A stretch of DNA of 50,244 nucleotides, filler included, from Streblomastix strix (lineage: Eukaryota), in the NCBI GenBank assembly GCA_008636045.1. It is 3 parts of 3 records of this genome, joined end to end, with 100 filler letters (N's around TTAATTAATTAA, not from the genome) between each part and the next. Parts side by side here need not be neighbours in the genome. Positions count along the whole stretch, not along the records: positions 1 to 16,691 come from SNRW01000775.1; positions 16,792 to 33,475 come from SNRW01000776.1; 1 more part is not named here. The stretch is one strand, 5' to 3'. The position numbers were made by a program, and so were the translations under genes. The notes below the pieces were generated by a model. It saw only the letters and a program-made list of their open reading frames with translations, did no database searches and was not told where the DNA came from. Positions 14,301 through 23,959 of this stretch are shown in pieces. Position 1 is the stretch's first letter. Each line of letters opens with the position of its first letter.

Positions 14301-15911
14301 GATTTCTCTGTTAAATAACATATTTCATTATTATAAAATAAATAATTAAGATATTAAAACATAATTTCATACTTTTATCCTTTGCATCTTTCCTTTAATC
14401 TTTATCAACTTTTTTAAATTTTAATTTCTCTTTCTCCTTTTCTTTCTCCTTTTCTTTTTCTCTCTTAACTTTAGATTCTGAGCGAAGCATTCTCTTTTCT
14501 AATTCAAGTGAAGTAGATTGTTCTATAAATAATGATAATAATGAATAATAAAATAGATATATAATCTTAATATCAATAAATTTTTATAATAATAATTTGA
14601 AATAATATCATCTTATGGCACAACAAACTTAATTCTTCTTCATTTTTTGCAAAGTTAGCTTTTGCAGCCTTCAACCAAGTATGAGTGAGAAGTTAATTGC
14701 CAGTAGCTCGTTGCTGTGGTTCACTGATGTATTAAATAAACAAATAAAACAATAAATATATTATGAAAATGTGAATTAAATAAAATTAAATTAATTTTGT
14801 AAATAAATAAAACAATATTTCTAAATATAAACATTTAATATTTATTCAAACGTATTGAAACAACGATTAAGAAAGTCACGTAATTCAGGAGAGATATTCT
14901 GAGGTAGTTCGGGACCCTAATGAATAAATAAATAAATAAGTTTATGAAAACAAATCATTGTGAATTAATATGAAAGAATTTAAAATATGAAAATAAATTA
15001 ATTAAATAAAATCACACTGTTGTACTTTGAGCAATATTGTAAAGTGCTGCCAGTGGATTAAGATGGAACCACGGTGGTTTGCCTTATTATTTAAATATAA
15101 TATAAAATAAATATATTCATCTATTATTAATTATTCAAGAATAAACCTGTTAGCATTTCAATAACTGTGCACCCTAAACTCCAGATATCACTTGCTGGTG
15201 TTGATCCTTTCATTTGTATTACTTCTGGTGCCACTGCACAATTATATAAAAGAATTAAGACAATCATATTATATAATAATAACAATAATACACACTCCAG
15301 TAAGGTGTGCCAGCAATATTCTCTTCGAAATCACCTTTTGAAGCATCAGAAACTTGGATCGAAACTCCAAAATCAGCCAACTTCACCTCGCTGAATGTTC
15401 CTGCAATCAGTATATTAGCTCCCTTGATGTCTCTATGAATGACACCCTGCTTGTGCAAATACACAAGTCCTTACAATGTCTGCACCATTATGATTAAATA
15501 TAAAATCAAATTACAACTCAATAAAATTATTACAAATTAACAAACATTGAATATAATCATCTGAATAAGAGTTTCTGCCAGTTTTCCAAATTTCTTCACA
15601 AGAGATTACAACGAGCCATTCTCAACATATTCAGTAACGATGTTCAGGAATTCATTTGTTCTTACAGTTTCAATGTATTTCACAATATTCTTGTGATTTA
15701 GTAATTTCAGAAGTGTTATCTCGGCTTCAACTGACTCAATTTCTTAAACATTAGATCCAGATATCTGCTTAATGGCGACAAACTTTCCACTGAGAAGATT
15801 CACAGCCTTGTAAACGGTGCCTGCAGCACCCTTGCCAACAATATCACCAAGTTAATAATTTCCCATTTATCGAACCTACGGCTCATCTTTGGTTGCTTGT
15901 TGATGAGACAT
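5388..15911 (-). CDS. Cdc15/Cdc7/SepH/MAP3K-epsilon-like STE kinase with ARM-like region and long K/E/D-rich insertions; ~25 exons
   Basis: Starts [36 protein letters not shown]...VAIKQ...LNHKNIVKY...EYVENGSL, then [42 protein letters not shown]. SepH-like segments follow ([47 protein letters not shown]). I traced 24 GT-AG introns with consistent phases to TGA at 5388-5390 and saw no internal TGA in the long exons I scanned. Confidence 0.9.
5995..6300 (-). repeat. Coding tandem repeat, ~24-bp unit ([12 protein letters not shown]), in last exon of the kinase
   Basis: Plus-strand unit atcttcttcatcttttttctgttt is repeated with variants. It explains the spurious ORFs 5987-6304 and 6000-6488. Confidence 0.8.
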
Positions 15912-16691
15912 TCTATGCTTATTATATTTGTGAGGAATAAAAAGGAAAAATATTGATGAAAATACAAAAAATAATTTTGAGAAATCAATAATTTAATATT
16001 AAGAAAAAAAGTTTGTTAAATTTCAAGTAGTACAGATTTTGAGTATGGTTATATTGAAAAAATTTGGATATAATTATTGATGAGAAAATATCTGTTTACA
16101 CCAATAAAACATTTGTGGGAAAGCGGAATGAGCGGGAGTATTTTTTAATAGAAACATTTATTTGTGCTGAATTGGTCAGGAGAATTTAAAAAAATTTTGT
16201 TTTAGGGAATAATAATATAAATATACTAAATACAAATCGATTGAGCAGTAAAAATTAGTATAATAATGTTTCTATATGATAGAATTCATAATTGCAAAAA
16301 TTGAAACTAAACTAAATTATAGAATTACTAAATTCATATTAAATTTATATAATAAAAATTAAATTTTCCCAAAAACTATAAATTTTCACTGAACTTATAT
16401 CTGGAAACCGAGAAAAATAATTTAAGATTTTTCCTATTTGCACCCAAAAATTGAAACTCGATTTTTTGATAAAGTTTCATTATAATATTTAATTTTTATA
16501 TAGTATGGCTGTATATTATATAGGTATGTCATATGAGCCAACCCCCCCTGGCTCGGCCAGCCAGGACAAACGGTTTGAGCCATGACCTTGGCTCTATTTA
16601 ATTTTTTCAGTTAAATAATTCTAATAAAAACTTCAAAATATATATATTTATTGGAGACTTTGAATTTATCATTATATTGGTATAAAATTAT

Positions 16692-16791
16692 NNNNNNNNN
16701 NNNNNNNNNNNNNNNNNNNNNNNNNNNNNNNNNNNTTAATTAATTAANNNNNNNNNNNNNNNNNNNNNNNNNNNNNNNNNNNNNNNNNNNN
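16692..16791. other. Artificial contig linker (44 N + TTAATTAATTAA + 44 N)
   Basis: Exactly 100 bp, with an all-frame-stop palindrome between N runs. Identical structure at 33476-33575. Confidence 0.97.
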
Positions 16792-16853
16792 TAAACCATA
16801 ACCGTAAATCATTCCCGTAAATCATAACCGTAAATCCTATCCGTAAATCATTC
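16792..16853 (+). repeat. 13-bp tandem repeat (ccgtaaatcattc variants), ~5 copies at contig start
   Basis: taaaccataa-ccgtaaatcattc-ccgtaaatcataa-ccgtaaatcctat-ccgtaaatcattc. Confidence 0.85.
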
Positions 16854-16961
16854 TTATTATTTATTTTTCACTCATTTTACTGATAAATTATTTTCATTTT
16901 TTATTACGATTGATTATATCCACTATTGTTTTTCCGTTATTTTTAAGTTTTAATTCAATAG

Positions 16962-17249
16962 GGCAGTGGGGTTCTTTTGCCTACTACTGGACGTCCAAAG
17001 AAATATTCTGATAAAGAATAGGCGGCGATTGCTGCAAGAGAACAACGCAAAAATGCAAGAATTAGATATAAATAAAATTAAACAAATTATGCTTCAAAAG
17101 TTAATGATATGCAATTATTAATAATTAAAAATCTTAAAAAAATAATTGTGGATATTAATAATTTGATAATAATAAATGAACTCATTAAAATATATGAAGT
17201 CATCAATGAAGATGCTAATGAAGACATCAACGAACAAATCAACGTTTGA
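16962..17249 (+). CDS. Small basic protein exon with AT-hook-like GRPKKY motif (5' partial)
   Basis: After a tag acceptor, 96 codons in code 6: GSGVLLPTTGRPKKYSDKEQAAIAAREQRKNARIRYKQ...EQINV-TGA. No ATG found. Confidence 0.5.
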
Positions 17250-17581
17250 AACATTAAATAAATTTATTTTTTTTCTCAATTATTGGCCAGTTGTCCAGTT
17301 GGCCACAGCTTTTTATAAAAGTTTTTGACCCGATGCACTCGATGCACTCGGTGCAGCTAAAAGCCATTCATTATCTAATCCATTTCTTTGTGCCAATTTC
17401 ATAAATTTCGTTAGTGTTTTATGACTCGATGCACTCGGTGCAATTCATTAATCAAACACATATTTATACACACATACTTATATTATATTCAAAATTCACT
17501 AATGAATTCATCATTGAATTCTCCAATAATTTTAGGTTTCCACTAATAAAATTCATCAACCAAATCCATCAACTTCGCCAT

Positions 17582-17848
17582 GTAGTTATGAGAATATGGA
17601 GAGTGCCATACGTTCAAAAATCAACATCATTAATCAATTCATTAATCAACATCATTAATCAATTCAATTAATCAAAATCAATATTTTCAAATAATAATTT
17701 TAATCATGCGAATATTTTTTATTTTACATTATTTATTTATTATTATTTATTATTATTATTTATTTTCATTATTTTATAATCATTATTTTATTTAACATTA
17801 TTTATTTTATTTTTCTATGTGGGGCACTCTCCATATTCTCATAACTAC
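17582..17848. mobile_element. MITE (267 bp) with perfect 26-bp TIRs
   Basis: gtagttatgagaatatggagagtgcc (17582-17607) is the exact reverse complement of ggcactctccatattctcataactac (17823-17848). Interior is AT-rich. Confidence 0.85.
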
Positions 17849-18015
17849 TACCATTAATTAATATTTCACTTTTCTAGTGATTGAGAAAATTGAAATTTTC
17901 AATAAATTCAAAATTTTACCAAAGTTTCAAAAATATTTTATTTAAATTTGATATTTCTATATTTATTTAAATTTGATATTTCTATATTTATTTAAAAATT
18001 ATATTAAATATTATA

Positions 18016-19030
18016 TATATATATGGAATAAAGCGAAAAAACGCATAAACGTATTTAAATAGTCTTCATTGTACATATTTTTATCAAATTATTCATATCA
18101 GTCTAACAACTCAACATTTTGGCAGGGGTTGCAATTAAATTTTATTGCCATGAAAATTAAATTGGACTGTCATGACAGCTTTTGTGACATAAACCATGGT
18201 TATTTTAGATTATAATTAAAATATTATATTAAATATTGTTTGACTGTTTGTAATTTTCATTAATGACAATAAAAAATTTAAAAATAAAAAAGAATCGAAG
18301 TGTATAAAAAAAAATAACTGAAAAATTATATATTAAAAACAGAATTACACGTTATATAAAAACTGATAAAAATTAAATAAGTTATATTTAAAATGTTTAT
18401 ATATTATAAAAGTGAAGATAAATTCATAAATAAGTACTATTTGAAAGTAAGAGAAATAATAATCGATCTGGCCCATAGAACATAAAAAATGCCAGTTTTG
18501 GAGGCGTTCAAAACGTGACGCGGGCTTTAAAACTCGAAATTAACTCGAAATTCCATCATGTATGTGGCACACAAATTGGAAGGTGGGGGAATGATAATTA
18601 AAAGATTTTTGGGTGCAAAAGCTGTTGAAACGGATAACTGGTAGAGAACCAAGCAAAAAACAATTTCAAAATGTCCAGCCCCAATTAATGAATTATGCCA
18701 ATTTATTTTACTCTAATGACCTAGAAAATAGACTTAGTTACTTTATTCAATGGATGAAACTTTTTAAAAGTGATTGGATGGAGATATATAGTCGATCAGA
18801 ATTCGATCTACTGATCCAAATGTTCAAAGGATCGAACATTTTTATACAATAATCATGATATTTTAGGATAAAACGTGTATGTGAAGCATAATTTAAGATT
18901 CAAAATTCCAAATTTGATTAATAATAATAATTATATTTCAAATTATATTTACATTTATTTATTTTACAGGTTTAAGTTATTACTCATCATTACACTTGCT
19001 ATGCTTTCGCTCGCACGTTCAAGACCAGTT
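18016..19030 (+). repeat. Duplicated block, copy 1 (upstream region, long intron, signal-peptide codons)
   Basis: Colinear with 22296-24440 once two MITE insertions are removed, e.g. atggaataaagcgaaaaaa..., catcatgtatgtggcacac..., ttttacagg. Confidence 0.9.
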
Positions 19031-19740
19031 GCTAGGAAAGGAGATGCTGTCTCATTGCATTATAATAATGAGCTAATTGATTCTGAAAGTAAAATTACTC
19101 TTGATGTAGTTATTGAAGAATCTGGCTACCCTGCAAAGATAGCGATTGATGCACTGAAACCGCTATCAACCAATGCTGAGACTTTCCGAGCAATTGCTAA
19201 TACCACGTTTGATTCATTGTTGATAGGAGCTGCTTTGACAACTGATGAAGAAGAATGCGGAGTTGTCGCTAGAACATTTAATAATTTTAAGTATGTATTA
19301 TTCGTAGCCTCTGCTTATCTATATACCAATAAGAAAATCGCACCATCAATCGCTAGATTGGTTGCCAACAGCCCAAAGATGGTAGGTACAACACCACTCA
19401 CAAAAGACTGCAGTTACTCTTAGAGTTACTTAAATTTTGGACTCTATGCTGAAGGTGCAGTAGGAACTGATTGCATTGCAAATATTGAAGTTCTAGAAGA
19501 TGGATAAAAATGCGTCGATTATGACCAACTACAAGCAATGCCGAAGTCACTTAAGCACCAGCTTTGAAAGGATATAAAGAGGTACACTTCTTTGGACTGA
19601 AAGTGGCTGCCTTCAAAGATTTGATCGTTCGTTTCGGAGCTGTAGCAGCGACCTACGACGATGAAACTAATATTCTTATTGGATGGATGAAAATAGGAAC
19701 TGTAGAAAATTTTATTTAAATAACTCTTAAAATAAAATGA
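18558..19740 (+). pseudogene. Secreted papain-fold-like surface protein, paralog of 23960-25489; frameshifted and 3'-truncated
   Basis: Signal peptide (M)FKLLLIITLAMLSLA. Motifs shared with the paralog: IAPSIARLV, YLNFGL..G....CI, LKGYKE, FKDLIVRFGAV, ILIGW. A 1-nt frameshift lies near 19524. The Cys-rich stalk and hydrophobic tail are absent. Confidence 0.8.
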
Positions 19741-20989
19741 ACAAATTATACTAATTATAGAACGGTTCAAGTTGCTGCAATCATTTAAAGCGATTTATTA
19801 TTAAATTTTTTCTCAATGTTGTAAAAAATAATGATAAATTAAAATATTTATCAATTTCAATTATTTAAATTTTATTTTATAAATTTTATTTTTAAATTTA
19901 ATAATTTAATTAATTTTTTGTAATTTTAAATAATTTTTTTAAAATAAAACTCACTAATTATTTATTTATACCATTTTAGTTAAAAATTTAATAATATTTA
20001 ATTTATTTTTATATAATGAAAATACTTAAATAATACTATATATATTTAATTTACTATGAAAATTGTATTGAAAAATGATTAGAATTATTTTTTTGCAAAA
20101 ATATTAAAATAAAATTATCGTTTCAACTTATATTAGACAAATAAGGAAAGAAATAATAACGATTTTTAGAAATGATTATTTTAATAAAAAGTTTTAACAG
20201 AATGAATTTCATATTTCTAATAATTTTTTATAATTAAATTATTACAATTGGTATTTAAAACTGGTAAACTGGTTAATTATTTGGTTTCAATAAATTACTA
20301 TATCCATCAATTTCATTTGTATTTAAATGTATATTATTTACATTTAATAATTTTTATATTTAATGCGGTTTCCGAGCAATTTCGAAAAATATTGTTATGA
20401 ATTTTTTTTAAAGTATATTATTAAATTCAAGCGCATGCAAGCATTATTAAACAGCATTGTATACAATATAAATATTTTAATAATTAGATTTATTATATTT
20501 ATAATACGATTTCCTATATTTTCAAAATATCAAGCTTACATTGTTGAAATTGCTCGAGTTTGTGAACGAATTTTTAAAGTTTATTTGTGCGCTGAACATT
20601 TAAGACAAATTAATGAATTTTTCAAATTATGCTTTTCTATTTATTTATTTATTTTTATTTCACATTGATGCTCACATTATATTTATATTTCAACTTTTAC
20701 ACAAAATTTTTTATATTTTTTGGAATTAACCAAGCATTTTTTGCAGATATATTCATTTAAATTAATAATTAGTTTAAATTTAATTATTTTTTTGCTAACA
20801 TTATATATAATTTTATTGAAATTTTTAAAATTTAATTTGAATATTACAATAAATTTTGGTATATTTTTATTATTAAGCTCAAGAAATTAACCAATTATCA
20901 AGTTTCCTTTACCGACTATATTTGAATACTAAAATAGCCAAATATTTGATAAAAATATTTTAAGAAAACAAATAAAAAGCTATCATTTT

Positions 20990-22240
20990 TTGACTCATTA
21001 TTTCATTTTGTGTTTCGATTAAATTTGTTAATTTCTTTTCTTTTTTATATCTTGGCAATTAGTTATCATCTTGGTGTTCATGCATTTATTTCCCAACAGT
21101 TTATACATTAGTCATTATATTAATGTTTCTGATTATTGGACCAAAATTAATACAATAATTAATATAATTCTCATCAATGCGACCACGAACTTGTGCCATA
21201 AATAGTGGTATAGATTAGCATAATCATTCGTCTTCTGTAAATCTGTTTTAGTTGAAAATTGTCTCATTATATCTATGCTAATCAACTATATATTCAAGCA
21301 CTTATCCACATATATACATCTTATCACATAAGTACAGGATGAATGGATGCATTAATGAACTCATTATTGATGCATATTAACTATCAAAATCTAACTAAAT
21401 CACATGCATAATGACTTAATCTGAGACAATTGAATACACTTTTTTATCCATATTTTCCAGATGATTGATCCCTGTTTCTCCTGCTATATTATATCTATGC
21501 AATCCGTTACTCAATCCACTTGTTATATCTTTTCTAATTATTTAATATACATTCTTGCTCGTTAGTATCATTGGTAACTGTTCCAATATGCTATGTTTCC
21601 TTAGTTATATCATTAGTTTCATTTATTTTTCATCTCTAATACCCATATACTTATTGCACTTCAAACAACATGGGAGTACATTATCTTTCGAATGACCCAA
21701 TTTATTATTGATTCTATCCAATGTAGAACGATTTTTCCAAGAGAACTTACAATTACAGACATAACATCGTTATTTTTCGAATAATTCTTTAAAATATTCA
21801 TAATCACCAATCGCTAAATTAATATTTGAATCTGTATTGTTTTTCCAATCTTGCTCAATATAGCTCTCAACTTTATCAGACCAATAAGACATAGCAATAT
21901 TAATATGTTTATCCATATCTTCTATATTATAGTCTCCATTTATTTTAAATTCTTCAAATGCACTGGAATATTTAATAGCATTAGCGCATTAGGACACATT
22001 AAATATATCAAGCATATCTATCTTATATTTGAACATCATCTTGATTAAATTATCGAAATGTTCAATCATAATACCTGTGTCTTATATATTATATGGCCTT
22101 GTTTAATCCTATCTAGTTGTGAACTTCGCTGCTTCGACCAGATACTCCTAATGCTTTGATTCATTAATTGATTTTTTTTAATTTATTCTTGAATGCTTCT
22201 CTAGGAAATGGTTCTGACTTATCCAATTCAGCAGCATAGT
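20990..22240 (-). mobile_element. Polinton/Maverick-type protein-primed DNA polymerase B relic with inserted HNH-like domain
   Basis: Code-6 translation gives ExoIII-like YNIQDT, then CYVCNCKF...TLDRINNKLGHSKDNVLPCCLKCN (21653-21769), IRKDITSGLS (degenerate ITGG motif) and motif A LDFDSQYASIM (~21365-21395). It has a TGA at 21224-21226, two frameshifts and lacks motifs B/C. Confidence 0.85.
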
Positions 22241-22560
22241 TATTTGATTCACAATATATTTACATTTAAATTTGAAATATAATATTAAATAAATGGATAT
22301 ACATGGAATAAAGCGAAAAAAACACAAAAACGTTTTTAAATGGTCCTCAATGTACCTATTTTTATCAAATTATTCATATTAGTCTTACAACTCAACATTT
22401 TGGCATGGGTTGCAATTGTATCTCGTTGTCATGAAAATTTAATTGTACCGTCATGATAGCTTTCGTGACTTAAACCATGGTCACTTAAGATTATAATAAA
22501 ATTATTTTATTAAACATAGCTTGATTGTTTGTAATTTTCATTTATGACAATAAAAAATTT

Positions 22561-23162
22561 GGGAAGTATACCATGTTCGGAGTCAGAGGATCCCAGGATA
22601 GTGGCTTATTCCATAATAATAAACTATGTTGATACATTATAAATATACGTATTGTTAAGTGCGATCATGCAATAGCGGGGCTGAAGCGATTTTTTTATGG
22701 AAATTTTATTTTGCATATTTTGAGATGATCTTTAAGAAAATTTATAGTATTATATTTAAATATTAATCAAAAACAGTGTGTGGACCGGTCCCTATCCCAA
22801 ACGTAGAATTTGATAATAGTTGGTGTAAGCAGCGTGGAGAATCAGATCCTTACCAGAATATCTAAATAAAATAGCGTTTTGAATAGGCACCATGAGGACG
22901 TTTCGCTTACCCAAACATTAACAAAAATAACAGACAATAAAATTAATTGAAATATTAATAACAAATTAATAATTAACAATAAATTTTCCAAAATAAAGCT
23001 AAAAAATACGCTAAATATTTTTTCTTAAAAACCTCGCTTAAGCCTCACAGTTGCATGAGCGCACTTAGCAATACATATATTTCTAATGTACCAACATAGA
23101 CTATTATCATGATATATGCCACTACCCTGGGATTCTCTGACTCCGAACACGGTACGGCTACC
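22561..23162. mobile_element. MITE (602 bp) with ~135-bp imperfect TIRs and 8-bp TSD
   Basis: Left gggaagtataccatgttcggagtcagaggatcccaggatagtggc... matches right reverse complement ggtagccgtaccgtgttcggagtcagagaatcccagggtagtggc.... Flanks are aaaaattt / aaaaactt. The empty site is present in copy 1 near 18272. Confidence 0.92.
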
Positions 23163-23232
23163 AAAAACTTAAGGATAAATATGAGTGAAAGTGAATAATA
23201 AGAAAATAACAGAAAAAATTAATATTAAATAT

Positions 23233-23736
23233 GGGGCGAGATCACAAACTACTGGCAATCGATTTAACCTACTTTTAATATATCATTAGATAGCTCTTGA
23301 CTAATATATCACTGTTTACTATTTTCGCATTTGATGAAAATGCTTGGCCCAGAAAATATGGCATGGGCAATTTTTGGATTTTAGGCAAATTTTTATTTTT
23401 TAGGTATTTTTTTTTTAAATGTTTTTTTCTAGGTAGTTTTTTGCTTATTATAGTTTAATTTTGCTTACATTGTTTTTATCATTAATAATTGGGGTTAGGA
23501 TCAAGGTCGAATGACATTTGCGTGCCTTTTCGAATAACGGGTTAGGGCCTATGTCAAATGAGCTTTGCGTGCCTTTTTCTAACGCCGATTTACCATTAAA
23601 AAGCCTAAAATCTAACTCCTGGACCAAGCATTTTCATCAAATATGAAAATAGTAAACAATGATATATTAATCAATAGAAACCAATATATATATAAATTAT
23701 AGGTAAAATCGCTTGTCGGCTGTTTGTGATCTTTCC
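23233..23736. mobile_element. MITE (~500 bp) with ~115-bp imperfect TIRs
   Basis: Left ggcgagatcacaaac...tgtttactattttcgcatttgatgaaaatgcttggcccag matches right reverse complement ggaaagatcacaaac...tgtttactattttcatatttgatgaaaatgcttggtccag. Absent from copy 1 near 18335. TSD not clear. Confidence 0.88.
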
Positions 23737-23959
23737 AAAACCAGAACCATATGTACTATAAAAATAGACTCAAAGTACATAATTAATATTAGAAATATTT
23801 ATATATTATAAAAATGAAGAAAAATTCATAAATAATTACTGTTTGAAAGTAAGAGAAACGATAATCGATCTGGCCCTTATAACATAAAAAATGACAGATT
23901 TAGAGGCGTTCGAAACGTGCGGCGGGCTTCAAAACTCGAAATTGACTCGAAACTGCATC

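Noticed and set aside
16736..16747. TTAATTAATTAA palindrome as a biological site
   Set aside because: Part of the artificial linker. Adjacency across the linkers carries no synteny information.
16792..16853. CRISPR-like or telomeric array
   Set aside because: Head-to-tail 13-mers without spacers and not a G-rich telomere unit.
20372..20556. Short inverted match cgagcaatttc / gaaattgctcg and ORF 20363-20668
   Set aside because: The match is only ~11-17 bp and does not extend. The ORF has no recognisable protein character.
23491..23548. gggttagg motifs resembling telomere repeats
   Set aside because: Two isolated copies inside a MITE, not a tandem array.
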